IMG/VR virus record: IMGVR_UViG_3300046168_000072
Span: 1-64,000 of that record
DNA length: 64,000 nt
From: a virus
Direction: 5' to 3' (one strand)
Below, one piece after another: positions 1 through 12,636 of the stretch. A model generated the notes under the pieces. It did not search any database, was not told where the DNA came from, and saw nothing but the letters and a program-made list of their open reading frames with translations. Each line of letters opens with the position of its first letter. Position 1 is the stretch's first letter. Position numbers and translations under genes: made by a program.

Positions 1-527
1 TCTCTAATATGTGCATTTGCTCTGCTTCTTGTGTGGTGATTGGATAATCATTAATCTCTAAAATTTTTTGTTCAATTAATTTTATTACTTCTTTCATTTA
101 CTTCCCCCATTAATATTTTCTAATTCGTTTTCTTTTGCTTGCCTTCTCATTGCATCACAAACTTCCCTATCAACTAAATCATTTATTCTGCTTACATCTT
201 CTACATAAGTATCAAAATAACGATCAATTAATTGTGCAATTTGATCTACACATTCATTAAATCTATAATTATATCCACCATTTTGTGGAACATTAAAACT
301 GATTTCTTCTGTTATGTAATTCATGTCGATACTATAACTCTTTTTTACTCCATGTGTCAACAACTAAATTCATTTGCTCTGATAAAGTTGCGTCTTCACT
401 AATTGGCTTGAGATGAACGCTAATCTTATCTTCGTAATCAGTATCATCAGTTGGTAAAAAGTGAAGCGTTGACATTTCTCCATCGAGAATAGCTTGAATG
501 TCGCTTGGGGTCAAGCCTATTTCTACA

Positions 528-689
528 TTATATTCTTTGGCAGTATTCATTTAAATAAATTCCTTCGTTAATTAATTCGTCAGCAGTAAACTCTCTCGGC
601 TCTTCCCACTCCTCGTCTTGCAACCAATAAGTTCCTGTGAAACAATCGTATTCTAGTTTATTAATATTATCTTCTATGTAATGATTCAT
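528..689 (-). CDS. 53-aa hypothetical protein missing from the ORF track (MNHYIEDNINKLEYDC...)
   Basis: ATG lies 6 nt after the -10 box of the promoter at 696-724; fills the intergenic gap. Confidence 0.6.
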   Translation of the reverse strand: MNHYIEDNINKLEYDCFTGTYWLQDEEWEEPREFTADELINEGIYLNEYCQRI

Positions 690-695
690 GCTCGT

Positions 696-724
696 ACCTT
701 ATATTGTTTTTATTATTGTGTCAA
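696..724 (-). promoter_or_regulatory. sigma70-type promoter, leaderless geometry
   Basis: TTGACA-N17-TAAGGT-N6-ATG; the -35 box contains the TGA stop of the upstream ORF. Confidence 0.75.
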
Positions 725-2035
725 GAATTATTTTCGTATTGATCAATTAAATCTTCTAAATCCCATTCACTATATTCTTTAATTAATTTTTTAAAATCTC
801 CATCTACATAAGTTGCTCCACCTGTGCCATCATTGCATATTTCCACATCTTTAATATTGGTTTTGCATTGATAACCAATTCCTTTATTTGTTTCAAAATA
901 TCTAACACTTGTTACTTTCATAATTCTAATTCCTTTGTGATTGTTATATCTAATACTTCCCAATTCATTTGAGTATCGACATTAAAACCTAGATCAATTA
1001 GCTTGTCAACAATAGAATGTCTATAATTCCAAATATCCCTGTCCCAATTATAATGATCACAAGTAGAGAGAGTATTTGAGCCATGTTTATTTACCATCTC
1101 AACTTGTTTAGAAATAACTTTATTTAATTTTTCTTTAAGTTCTTTCATCTTATATATTCCCTTTCTTGTAAGTATTCTTTAAAATTAATTTTAAACTCTG
1201 CTAACCAATTAGGACAATCCTCTGCAATCTCTGCTACTATTTGCCAAGGATCACCTAAATAATTATCAATGTCAACATCATAATAGAATTTAATTTGTTC
1301 TACTAATGACATATCTTTTATATATTGTTCGTATGTTGGTAATTCCATGATTACATTGTCGTAATATTCGCACTCATCTTCATTTGCGCCATCGTATATT
1401 GGTTGTTTCATTGTAGTCTGCCCCCTGCATCTAATACATTGCGAAGACAACTTGATTGCCCTGCTCTTGCAGTAACTTTCTTGGCATGAGCAAACGCACT
1501 AGGATCACTAAAGGTTTGCATAACCATAGTTGACTTATCAAGATAGACATTAAGACCCTTCTTGGGAATGGAATTTGCTATCTTTTCAGCGTTAGCGATT
1601 GATTGGTTAATACTATCTAAGAATGCTTCTGTCGTATTCATGGTTTGTACATTAGATTAGTTTTGATTGTGTGTCAATCTTTTTTTTAGATTTTTTTTGT
1701 TTAGACTTTTGCTTTATTAAAACTTGGATACCTATACGACCAACAAGACTTTTTTCAACTGCATATAAAATTTCATTCAATAACTTATCTCTGTTCTCCT
1801 CTAAAGTAAAATCATAAAGAAAATCTGTTTGATAATTATCTAAAACTTTTTTTATTTTGTGTTTAAGATCGTACATTATTTGTCCCTTAATTTTTCTTTC
1901 ATAATTTAAATATTTGCATGGAGAGTATCCATGACTAACTCCGATATAGCAGTAATCGAATTACTTTCTAGTCTTTTTTAGTTGATCAAGCAGGGAGTGT
2001 TCTTTTGGAGAGAACGAAAAGAGGTGAACCCACAT

Positions 2036-2350
2036 TTAATATTTTATATTTACTCCACCCTTAACATAATTTGGCTCTTTCTTTATCCATTCGGGTAGTT
2101 TTAATCTTTTAACTTTAGCATACTCTCTTAAAAAGAATTGGAAAGCGATTTCATCATCATGTATTTGAGCCTTGCGTATCTCTTCTAAATACATTTTTTC
2201 TTCCATTTTATATGCTTCATCTAAAGACAATATATAATCTATTTCGTTTTGCATCTCTACTGAACGAGAAACTTTAGTGTCTTTAGGTTGAAGATTAGAA
2301 GAATGATTACATCCTGCAAAAAGTAAGATTGTTAAAGTTAAATATTTCAT
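2036..2350 (-). CDS. Predicted small lipoprotein, paralogue of 26062..26250
   Basis: MKYLTLTILLFAGC lipobox; motif EIRKAQIHDDEIAFQFFLREY. Confidence 0.55.
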   Translation of the reverse strand: MKYLTLTILLFAGCNHSSNLQPKDTKVSRSVEMQNEIDYILSLDEAYKMEEKMYLEEIRKAQIHDDEIAFQFFLREYAKVKRLKLPEWIKKEPNYVKGGVNIKY

Positions 2351-2778
2351 CAGTACCAACAACTATAAAATACCCTATAACCTTTGTCAAGCATTTTATG
2401 TGCTTCTGCAACAAAATTTAAATCTTGTTCTTTATAATAGTATTCGTTATCGGGATATGGTTTATCATCTTCATCGTTCCAAAAATATGAATCACTACCC
2501 CAAAAGAATCCATTTGATTCGGGTAAATTAAAATTCACAATATCATCTTGCAGATCATAAAGGTCTGCTCTAGTTAATTGTAACTCAACAGAGTTAAAGT
2601 CACCACTAAAGTCATTTTCGTCTTCAGATGGTTTCCAATTTGGTCTGCCCTTGTTTTCCCAAAGGTTTTCCATCCAACCTTGCAAGCGATTGTGCTTGCG
2701 CCAATCACAAATTGAAACATCATCGTCACTATTTCTCTTGCGAGGTGGACGAGCATAAGCGTACATATCTAATCCCAT
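2350..2778 (-). CDS. Conserved phage hypothetical protein (MGLDMYAY...WRKHN type)
   Basis: Recognisable N-terminal MGLDMY and WRKHNRLQGW motifs; AAGGAG Shine-Dalgarno upstream. Confidence 0.65.
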   Translation of the reverse strand: MGLDMYAYARPPRKRNSDDDVSICDWRKHNRLQGWMENLWENKGRPNWKPSEDENDFSGDFNSVELQLTRADLYDLQDDIVNFNLPESNGFFWGSDSYFWNDEDDKPYPDNEYYYKEQDLNFVAEAHKMLDKGYRVFYSCWY

Positions 2779-2790
2779 AATATTTTCTCC

Positions 2791-2970
2791 TTATTTATTT
2801 TCGTATTTAATTTTAAAACCAAGATCAGTTAAACATAAAAGATCAACCCTGTCAAGACTTTTTCTGCGAGTTAATAAATTAAGATTTTCAGCATGATCTG
2901 ATACAACTACCCATAGAGTACCCATTGCACCCCTTGCTTTTTTTTCTTTGACTACGATTTCTTTGTTCAT
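2791..2970 (-). CDS. 59-aa hypothetical protein missing from the ORF track (MNKEIVVKEK...)
   Basis: TTGACA(3000-3005)-N17-TAGTGT-N6-ATG. Confidence 0.55.
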   Translation of the reverse strand: MNKEIVVKEKKARGAMGTLWVVVSDHAENLNLLTRRKSLDRVDLLCLTDLGFKIKYENK

Positions 2971-3536
2971 GATAAAACACTAAACTAAAAATCAAATCAT
3001 GTCAACACTATTCTTTAAAAAGTTTTTGTTTAATGAACTCTAAAAAGAATAAATTTTTTTGTTGGGTTTTATCTTCTTGACAAGCAATAGCTTGATCCTC
3101 AATAAGTGTATCTAATTTTTTCTCTAACAATTTGACTGCGTCCATGAACCCTGCGTCATAATCATCCATTACCATCCTATCAATCATCTTTTATATTTGT
3201 TGGATTTAATTGTCTATTTACATTATGTTGCATACGAAGCATAATGCCATCTACATATCCAAGATTATTAAAATCTGCTTGTTCAATATTTGCCCCATTT
3301 TCAAGATCGTCAAGTATATTCTCGCAAGCGCTAATAATATCATATAAGTGATATTCTTCTTTACTTATGTCTTCTCTATTTGGTTCTTGTTTCATTATTT
3401 ATTAATTGAATTAAAATTTCTTGATTATTAAATATATTCTTTGCCAATGAATTTATTTGATCGTCACTTAAAACTGCATTATCATCACCAACAGGGTCAT
3501 CTATTTCATAAAGAAAATTTTGTATTTCTGTTATTG

Positions 3537-4154
3537 TCATGCTACCAATAAATCTTCTTCTACCAACTCACCATTATTTGCAGGAATGACAACATCAACA
3601 AGAAAATCTCTGATCATTTCTGTTATTTGAACTAATTCGTGGAATTCATCAAAATCCATAGCATGAGCATCACCTTGTCCACCATAAGACATACGATAAC
3701 CTTCACGCAATGGCGCAGTTTTACCTGTGCTTTTTCTGACCCAATTTCCTGTTTGAGGGCATTTAACATACTCCCAAGGTTGATGAAAAGAGTTGAGGTA
3801 AACTAAAACATCAAGATGACCTTTTTTATTTCCGACACTATCTTGTCGGTCTGTCCAATCAATAAAGTCGATATTAGCAGATGGAAAATCTGTTTTCACA
3901 TCTTTTAATTGAACCATAATTCCTTTGTAGTTTTCTTTGGTATAATAGGTATATGGTTGTCCACCAAATTGATTTGTTTGAGTTGCCTTGCAACCTGTTT
4001 TCTCACACATTTTTTGGTCACGATTAGATTTGCTTGTCCATGATAAAATGTGTTCAGAGGGCAAAACTTTTTTTACCAAAGCATTGCTTTTAAAGATAAC
4101 ATTTTCGGGTGACCATGTGTTCCAACGGACATTTGTATTTGTGAAGTCATTCAT
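3537..4154 (-). CDS. Hypothetical protein, 205 aa
   Basis: Long ORF with TTGACA-N17-TAAAGT upstream. Confidence 0.7.
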   Translation of the reverse strand: MNDFTNTNVRWNTWSPENVIFKSNALVKKVLPSEHILSWTSKSNRDQKMCEKTGCKATQTNQFGGQPYTYYTKENYKGIMVQLKDVKTDFPSANIDFIDWTDRQDSVGNKKGHLDVLVYLNSFHQPWEYVKCPQTGNWVRKSTGKTAPLREGYRMSYGGQGDAHAMDFDEFHELVQITEMIRDFLVDVVIPANNGELVEEDLLVA

Positions 4155-4592
4155 TTTTATTCCTTGTGTTTATGATTAATGGTTATACTTTATTAAACTT
4201 CTTCAGTCATGTCAACAGAAAAATTGGCAAAGTGATGACCATGCTCATCGTAAAAGGCTTGAAGAAGTTCAACTGCCTCTAACACCTTGTCTCCTTCTGA
4301 AGAGGATTCTCCAAGCGCAGATGTTTCTGCTTCGTTTAAAACTAATTGTATTGCTTTTTCTAAAATCATAATATTAATCTTTTTCAGTCGTTGCGACTAC
4401 TAGGAGTTTGACATCTTCACCTTCCCCTGTCAATCCAAAATGCTTTACCACTTCGCTAAAGATAGACCCATCTTCGGGAGCGATACTGATCCACCCACAA
4501 TTCTGCTCTTTACCATCAACTTTATTTGTGATGACATCCCAATTATATTCTAATAATCTAGCTTTTTGATATTTTGTTAATTTCATAATCGT

Positions 4593-4621
4593 ACAATAAA
4601 TAATTATTTAATCTTTGTCAA
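4593..4621 (-). promoter_or_regulatory. sigma70-type promoter, leaderless geometry
   Basis: TTGACA-N17-TATTGT-N6-ATG(4586). Confidence 0.7.
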
Positions 4622-5841
4622 CCCCAAAAGTTAAATTCCATTCATCTTTTATTTCGATAGCAGGAATTTCATTTAGTCCTTGAACACCATCAAGTAGCAT
4701 TTCAATTATTTCACTAACACCCATATTCATGGCTTCTCTCTCTGCTAGATCATAACGCATATCATCAATAGATGGTTGTTCTTCTCTTTGTTGTTCTTTT
4801 GTCGTTCTCATTTTTCGTCCTCTAGTTTTTGATAAAGTTCATCAATTTTACTCTCAAGTTGGCGAATGTATTTAAGGTCATGTGGTCTTCTTATTTCCAC
4901 ATACTCTAATTCTATCTCCAAATCTTTAATATTTTTTTGTAAATCAATTTGTGTTTCTTGCATTTCTTGTTGTTGTTTATATAGTTTAAAAGTTTTTTGA
5001 TTCATTTTATTGTAAATCGTGCAAATGGTCAGTCCAATTCACTTCATTAGCTTTTATTTTCCATGCAATTTCTCCATTTGTAGGATCAGCATATTCGATA
5101 CTAAAATCGGAGTCAAGTAAAATTTCATCATTATCCATTTCTCTAACAATTAATTCTGCTTCCTCTCGATCTTCTGCCTCGACATAAAAGCAATTAATTA
5201 TTTTAACTCCAACACAATATTCTCTTTTTTTATTTTTCATTTTTTTTGTTTGTAATAATTTTGATCTAATAAGTCATCTAGTAAATGTACAATACCCCAA
5301 CCTAATTCTCTGTCTAGTAGAACAGGATCATCTTCTCGCTCTTGTGGAGGTTTGAAATCATGCCACAAAATGGATAACAGGTGATCTCTTTGTTTTTCTA
5401 ATAATGTGTAGTCGATGTTCATCTTATTTGTTGTTCCATTTCCAATATTTGATCTTTGGTAAGTTCGCCTTTAACTTTACTACCCCATTCAAGTGGAGCG
5501 TTATCATTTAAATCACAAGCAATTTCTATGTTGGTAATATTATGCCATGCTTGATCGGCATAAACACTTCCATCCTCATTGCGACTTGGTTTTTCAAAAA
5601 TTTTGTTACAATGATCTTTGATGTGACCAACAACAATTTCAGTATCAGCTTCAATACAAGACAATCGATGTCTAAGCTCAAGATTCTCTTTCATTAATCT
5701 TTCGACATTTTGCTTGTTAATCTCGCTCTCAACTTCTGTCAAATAAGAATAGCTTGATTGTTTTTTTCTTTCAGCTAAACTCATGTTTACAGATTCTTCG
5801 TAAGTTGGGTAATCATCTCCTATTATTTCTTTCATGCCTAT

Positions 5842-5870
5842 ACCTTATATAATATATTTGTTGTTGTCAA
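5842..5870 (-). promoter_or_regulatory. sigma70-type promoter, leaderless geometry
   Basis: TTGACA-N17-TAAGGT-N6-ATG(5835). Confidence 0.75.
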
Positions 5871-6538
5871 GTGTTTATTTTTCGGGTGGAAATCTACCAT
5901 AGTTTCCCATGCCATCGTAATCCATGAAGTCAGCATTAACCTCACTCATTATTTTGTCCATTTGCTTTTTGCATGAACGAGCGTTTTTTCTGCGATAAAA
6001 CCAATTAATAATTGTGCGAATTATTTTCATTTTAATTGATCTCCATGCTCATTTATTTCGCCCCGAATGAAAGCGCCAAAATCTTCATCATTTAAATGGG
6101 ATGTATCTGCGCCAACTGACCCAAACCTTAAATTCATATTTAAGGCTTCTGATCTTTTGTTAAGTAAAATATTTAATTCATCATTCAAGTCAAATAACTT
6201 TTCTGCGATTTTTTTTGCGGGTAGATATTCATAAATTTGCCCTATGTTAGTATTAAGAGAACTCTCGACATCGTGTAATTCTCGCAGTTGTATGATTTCT
6301 GTATTTCTGTTCATATCTCTACTTTATAAGTCTCTGTTTAGTTTGTCAAGCTCAATATTATCACCAAGAGGATCGCAAGAAACAATACTTGCGCCTTCTT
6401 TCCATGCCGTGCTAATCATATAATCTTCATCTAATTGAGCGAAAGCTATATTTTGCGCATCTTCGGATGAATCTGCTACTACCTCAAAAGTACGATATGT
6501 CGTACTACTCATTTCTACTTCGTATATTTTTTTCATAA

Positions 6539-6907
6539 TTATTCCTCATATATGTAAATTGGAGTATATTCACCAACATAAGCTCCATCAATATTAAAAT
6601 GAAAAAATTCTCTTGCTTCTTCTTCTGTCATACCATCTCTCTCCATGAGAGTTTCAATGATCTTATTATAAGAATAAGTAACTCGACCTTTTGTATCAAC
6701 TCCAAGAATAGATTCATCGAATCCATCCGCAAACAATGCTTCGGGATTAAATTCCGAACACATTTCTTTCATTAATCTAATACCATCTAAATGGTATAAC
6801 CTCATCTCTTCTAATTTATCATCCATCATAATACTTTCCTCTGTTATTGCCCGAAGGTTTTGCAAACCTTCTAGCATTGGTAAACCTTTAGAATTTAAAC
6901 ATATCAT
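6539..6907 (-). CDS. Conserved phage hypothetical protein
   Basis: ADGFDESILG...DGMTEEEAREFFHFNIDGAYVGEYTP pattern recalled from phage hypothetical proteins. Confidence 0.6.
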   Translation of the reverse strand: MICLNSKGLPMLEGLQNLRAITEESIMMDDKLEEMRLYHLDGIRLMKEMCSEFNPEALFADGFDESILGVDTKGRVTYSYNKIIETLMERDGMTEEEAREFFHFNIDGAYVGEYTPIYIYEE

Positions 6908-8295
6908 TCCCTAAACATAACAAGATCGGGGGTTTTGTCAAGAATAATTTTTCAACATCCACTTTACTTGATCTTTTAAATCATAAATAAATCTTTCTTG
7001 ATTATCTTGATGAGTCCAAAATGCTAACTGCTTTGTCAAGATGCCTAGTCTATCTCTAATAATTTCTTTCTCTTCTAGGGAAAAAGATTCATTTCCTAAA
7101 ACATCTTCTAATAAAACTTTATTTGCTTTAATCAAGTTTTGAATTTGACCATTAGTCATGGCATCCACCTCCACAACATTTATCTGATCCGCTCATAACT
7201 GAAAATTCCACAATTTCTTGCATATATTTTTGCAGTTCGGGTTCTAGCTTATTTGCGATCATTTCTCTTGCGCTTTCAGATTGTAGATTAATTTGACAAG
7301 CGCCTGTATTACCGCAAGCAACTTCACTTAAAACTTTTAATATTATCTCTTTCATAATGGTTTTTCGTTTTTATATTTGTCTAAATTTTCAAGTCTATCA
7401 TTTGCATCAGCAAGTAAAGATAGTGCCTCTTCCGCATTTTTGTAGAAATCTTCGGTGGAATGATCTCCAATACCTACCGCATGATCGCTTAAAAGATCAA
7501 GTGTGAGTTTAGCTTTAGCTACATCCGCTTCAGCGGAACTTTTTAACATATTATATAGATTATTATTCATTACCTGTGATTATATACCATAATTGAAATA
7601 AGATCAAGAGAAAAAATACCCCAATCGCCCCTAATAAAACTTTTGTTGCTTCAATTCTATCTTTCATTTATTTTTTTTCTGCACTCCCAATTTGATTTTG
7701 CCATTTCTCTTTGTCTTCTGAGTTCATTGCCTTGTTTCTGTAGAATAGCGATAGCTTTGTCTTCGTTCATGTCAGCATAAAGAACTTTTTGAACACAAAC
7801 TTGCACTTCTCTTGCGGTAACTCGATAGGGAAAACTCCTATAAAGAAACTTATAAAACTTGCCACTTATTTTGCCGTGCTTTAATTTTTTATACAAGAAT
7901 CTTCTGTAATTGCAGTTTTTAGTATTATGTATGGGTTTCACAATTTTATATATCTTTTATTTTCGCCATTTAATGTCAACATCTTATTTAAATCATATGC
8001 TTCGCTTTCTGTCAAGATAATTTTTTCTTTGGTTGGAACTTTTTCGTGACCATGTGGACGATTCCAATCAACAATCATGTATTCTTGTTTTTGTTCTGTT
8101 GAGTCTTTTTTACCCCAAAATCCGCACACACAAGGATCATTGCTACTTTTATTTGCTCCTTCTTTGTAGCCCTTGTCGTATGCTTCAGTTTTAGCTTTAA
8201 TTAAAAGTTTATCAAACTCTTTTGCAAGATGTTCTTGAGAGTCATCCCAACCTTTGGCATATCCTCTTTGGTAAAAAATATTGCCTGTTATTTCT

Positions 8296-8583
8296 TCATT
8301 CATTACTTTGATCTAACCTCGCTCTAATCGCATCTTCGCAGAGTTGATTAAATGTAATTCCCGATTCATGTGCAAACTTCATATATTTGAGCAATTCTTC
8401 GTCATCAAACTCAAGCTCAACACTTTCATATTTTACTTTTCGTATTAAAACTGCACCATTTCTGTCTTCAAACTTTAAATCATCACCTTCTTTCCACCCT
8501 AATCTTTCAAGAGCATCATCGGGTATGCGGAAAAATAATTCACCTTCAGCGGTTTCTTGTAATTCTATCTCGTATTCTCTCAT
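8296..8583 (-). CDS. AbrB/MazE-like DNA-binding domain protein
   Basis: FRIPDDALERLGWKEGDDLKFE...AVLIRK swapped-hairpin pattern. Confidence 0.7.
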   Translation of the reverse strand: MREYEIELQETAEGELFFRIPDDALERLGWKEGDDLKFEDRNGAVLIRKVKYESVELEFDDEELLKYMKFAHESGITFNQLCEDAIRARLDQSNE

Positions 8584-9630
8584 TTTCTATTATTATTCCA
8601 TAGGTTGTTAATTGATATACATAGTAACACAACACCTACTGCTATTGCAAGTAAAAAATCCATTATTTTTTCATTGCAGAAACGATTGCCTTAACACCCG
8701 ATTCATTCCTAGTATGCAATTGTTCGCCATTCACAAAGGTAATTTTCCACCAATGCTCTCGTTTTACATGATCATGTCTTTCTTTAACATAAACAACATT
8801 TTTGGGATTAATAAAATATCGTTCGTTATTTGCGTCTTCTATTTGAATCATAATTATTTTTTAGTTATATACATATCAGAATGAAATGGCTTATATTGCT
8901 TATAGTAATCTTGTGCATCTTCTTCTGAATCTGTAACATAAAGTGGTTCTTGTGGTTGATGCTCTAAATAAATTTCATAAGTCATTTTATTTGAACAAGA
9001 AAAAAATAAAATTAATAACGCTAAAAGAAAAAGCGCCAATAACACTTTGTCAATTATTTTATCCATATTATCAAAATTTTTCATAAATTAAAAAACATAA
9101 TCTTCATCATCTTCATTTTGTTTGAATAAACTATTTTGCCATTCCTGCACTTCTTCTTTTGTGTGACCTTGCAAGTTGTCGTTTCTTTCTTGTTCGGTAA
9201 ACCATGTGCATTCTGTATTAAAAGCATCGTCTACATTACAAGGGTGAAATCCCGCGCACACAAGCAAACCTTTAAACATTTCTACTGCCTCATCGATGCT
9301 TGTGCAGTCGAAACCGAGTTCATCTTCAACGCTAAATACTTTATTATTTGTTGTAATTGATATTTTCATAATTAGTTCCAATCAAAGTCTATATTATAAC
9401 CTACTGCCCTGCGCTTGTCAATATTTTTCGATGGACAAGTTACTTCTATGCAAATATCCCTGCCCCAAGAATCATCTCTTAGGATTGGCGCGCCTTCTTG
9501 ATCCATCTCTTCTACCCAATCAATATTTAAATCATCAGATGGAAAAAGATCATCTTCTGACATATCATCTAACCACATAATTGGTGCAGACAAATCGTCT
9601 CCAACTAGGTCTTGTCTGATCGTTAGCCAA

Positions 9631-10218
9631 CTATCTACTTTGTTCATATTTCATTAATCCTTTTATTTGATCTATTGTTGATTTCCAATAAATAGTTTTC
9701 ATGTCATCAGTTTGACCATATTGTTCTGCTTGAATCATTTTCATACCATAATCATGCCATACCTTGCATATCTTGTCAATGTTTTTATCATCGGGTTTTA
9801 CATTATAATGATTCCAACATCTTTCTCCATCAGCAGTTTCTGTCTCTATCCATTCAGCAGGAAAACCTTCAGAGAAATACATTAAGTAATTATCCTTAGC
9901 AAACTTAAAAGCAAGAGATACAAAACTATCTTCTCTTTCATGTGACTCATAAAGATCGGCATCTTCATACCAAGACTCGCAAACACTAATCTCAAATTGA
10001 AAAGTATCTTTGATTGCAACATATTCTTGCTCCCATTTTTGGCGATTATCGTCACCATGCTCTAGTATGTCAACGCTATGATTTTTACCATACCATTTCA
10101 TATGTCTAGTGACAGGACTCGCATAGATAATCTTTTGAAACTCTTCAAGGAGTTCTTGATTAGACTTTGCAGTCATTTGCGTTCTTCTAAAACTTACTGA
10201 TAAACCTTCTCCGCTCAT
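9631..10218 (-). CDS. Hypothetical protein
   Basis: ORF; ATG at 10218 lies 6 nt after a -10-like box of the TTGACA at 10248-10253. Confidence 0.65.
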   Translation of the reverse strand: MSGEGLSVSFRRTQMTAKSNQELLEEFQKIIYASPVTRHMKWYGKNHSVDILEHGDDNRQKWEQEYVAIKDTFQFEISVCESWYEDADLYESHEREDSFVSLAFKFAKDNYLMYFSEGFPAEWIETETADGERCWNHYNVKPDDKNIDKICKVWHDYGMKMIQAEQYGQTDDMKTIYWKSTIDQIKGLMKYEQSR

Positions 10219-10242
10219 AAAACTATTCAATAGTATAAATGA

Positions 10243-11271
10243 TTAATTGTCAAGCATTATTTTATCTAAAGGTTTGCTACCTTTTGGTGGAGATTCTACC
10301 CTAAAAACTCGCTTAGGCAAATTTCCATGTTGATCCAAGACAGGTTTTACCATAATTGCTTGCCCTTGTTTATTTGTAAAACAATCATGTTGTAGCACTC
10401 TTACATGACCAATTCTTCCATTTTTTAATTCTATTTTATTTTTCGATGATCTATTTTTATGTTGCTCACGCAATTCACGCAAAAGAGGCAAGCAACAAAC
10501 TCGAAACGATTGAGTATTTGGCTTTAAATAATCTTTGGAAATTTTTGAGCGAATTTTCTTTTTGTCCTTATTATTCAATTTGGTAGGCTTGAGATACGGA
10601 ACGCTCGTAAAAGCTAATATTCTAAAACAAGTTTCAACAATGCCAAGCGCGTTTTGCCAAGGCATAATAGTAATATAATCATCATGGTTTAAATCTGCAT
10701 ATTTGTTATAAGCATCAGAAAGAGTGCCGTAAGCAGGTAAAAAACCTCTTGAAACTTTGCCGTCTTTAAATATAGAATATAGAAAAAAGTCAGAACATTC
10801 TTTTTGCATTTCTTGTCGAGCGACTTGCATATCAATATGGAAATCGGGAGTAAAATGAAAAGTATCAATGAAATTAAAAACCTCTGCACGATTGAGCCTT
10901 TGAATCATAGCGGATTTACATTCCCCTTGTTCAAAGTCAAAATAAATTGAATTAGTCATCATAAACGAATCCTTCAAAGTATAATCCTGCACCTCAATAG
11001 ACTCAAGAGCTTCAAAAATGCTAGGGCGAATTGAATATACAGCTCCATGTTGATCGTGAAACCATTTTGAAATAGTGTCCATTCCCGAAGCATAACATTC
11101 CTGCCTATCATGCTCTGATAGATTTGAAGTTAAATCGGTTGCATTTAACGGAATTGTTCGTTTGCCGAAAACCTTAACCTCATTGCCATCGAGCATAGTA
11201 TCAACTACATTCGTTTTGATGTTAGAGAAGTTAGGTATAATGTTGTTCAGTAATTCTTCAGATATATCCAT
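10243..11271 (-). CDS. Hypothetical phage protein, 342 aa, basic C-terminus
   Basis: Long ORF with C-terminal RIGHVRVL motif; promoter TTGACT-N17-TAATGT-N7-ATG. Confidence 0.7.
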   Translation of the reverse strand: MDISEELLNNIIPNFSNIKTNVVDTMLDGNEVKVFGKRTIPLNATDLTSNLSEHDRQECYASGMDTISKWFHDQHGAVYSIRPSIFEALESIEVQDYTLKDSFMMTNSIYFDFEQGECKSAMIQRLNRAEVFNFIDTFHFTPDFHIDMQVARQEMQKECSDFFLYSIFKDGKVSRGFLPAYGTLSDAYNKYADLNHDDYITIMPWQNALGIVETCFRILAFTSVPYLKPTKLNNKDKKKIRSKISKDYLKPNTQSFRVCCLPLLRELREQHKNRSSKNKIELKNGRIGHVRVLQHDCFTNKQGQAIMVKPVLDQHGNLPKRVFRVESPPKGSKPLDKIMLDN

Positions 11272-12282
11272 AATCTATACATTAGCAAATACTATAACAG
11301 CAGTCAAGAAAAAAATAACCAAAAGCTCAATGACAAGATAATCATTATAAGTAAAAAAGCCAACCAATCGTTCACTCGCCCAAGACCAAATTTGTTTCAT
11401 GTTTTTTATTGTTTACAAAATGAAGGTAATCGACATAACGCATATTCAGCGCTTTTGCCTGTGCTTTTAAATCAGGATTATCATAGTCATCCATTGGCAA
11501 AGGGCAATTGTGGGGATCAAGCATAGGATAGTTATGTAATGTCTGCAAGGGTTTTTCACTCGCACAACCCGCTAAAAATAAAATGCAAATTAATTTAATC
11601 TTCATATACAATTTCCCCATTTCCATCTTTATTATAATTAAATAAATATTGCGTTCTATCTGTATCTATTTGATGATAAAGATTATCTTTAGTTGGTGGA
11701 TCAACTGCATAGCAAGCAATGTCCCATGACCATGTGCTAGGATCAGTATATTCATACTCTCCCGAACCATCTTGTTTTAATTCTCCAACATCATCACCAC
11801 AATAAATATTATAATCTACAAAAGTTCCATCTTCTAATTCGTAACTATTCCAATAGTCAAAATTATCTCCATCAGTTTCGATTTCGGGATTAACTTCAAC
11901 TTTTTTGATATGAGTTAATGCTAGATCAATTATTGCTAATGCAACTTCTTTGGGGGCTTGCCAAGGTTTTTCTAATTCAATCATTATTTTGCGTCTCCTT
12001 CTTTGTTAATTATTTTCATTGCCATTGTTCCATCATCATAGTCAGGTAAATTAATATTGTCAACACTTTTATTTGATATAATCTGTTGTTTGACTAAATT
12101 TTCAAATATGTTCCACATTTTTTGGTAGCGAGTTTCATGCATCTGTTTCATACCGATTAACATATTTAATAGTTGGTCTTCAGTATGCTTGATAGGGGAG
12201 TCTCCTATGGCATATATAATTGTTTCTATATCTTGACCTACTTGATCAAGGTCACTCATTGCATCTTCTAATTCAAATCTAT

Positions 12283-12636
12283 TCATTGTATTTTATTTTT
12301 AAATATTGTCCAAATCTTTTTCGGGGCTTCTATAAAATATTTATAAAGAGCAGGACACAACCAACCATCCATGCCAAGTTGCGAGCAATGATACCAATTT
12401 CCACCCCCTTCTGCTCGTAACCAATCGAGGGTCATATGAGCATCGGGCAAAAAAGAGGATGAAAATTGGACACAAAAACCATTTTTATCTAAACCTTGCA
12501 TATCAACAATATTAGAAAGCATACCATCAATACCTGCAACAAAAGGTTCTCGATGTAAGTTTTTCTCTTCATCATCAAAAACCCAAGTGCCTTTATGTAA
12601 ATATGGATAAATTACCATTACGCTATTATTATTCAT
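12283..12636 (-). CDS. DUF6717-like protein
   Basis: VIYPYxxxGTWVFDD...REPFVAG...GWLCPALYKYF motifs. Confidence 0.7.
   Translation of the reverse strand: MNNNSVMVIYPYLHKGTWVFDDEEKNLHREPFVAGIDGMLSNIVDMQGLDKNGFCVQFSSSFLPDAHMTLDWLRAEGGGNWYHCSQLGMDGWLCPALYKYFIEAPKKIWTIFKNKIQ

Larger units (their letters stand above)
94..12286 (-). other. Array of about 40 small, mostly acidic hypothetical genes (putative early/host-takeover region)
   Basis: Mostly 60-200 aa ORFs, head-to-tail or with ATGA overlaps, many preceded by TTGACA-N17-TAnnnT promoters. Confidence 0.75.
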
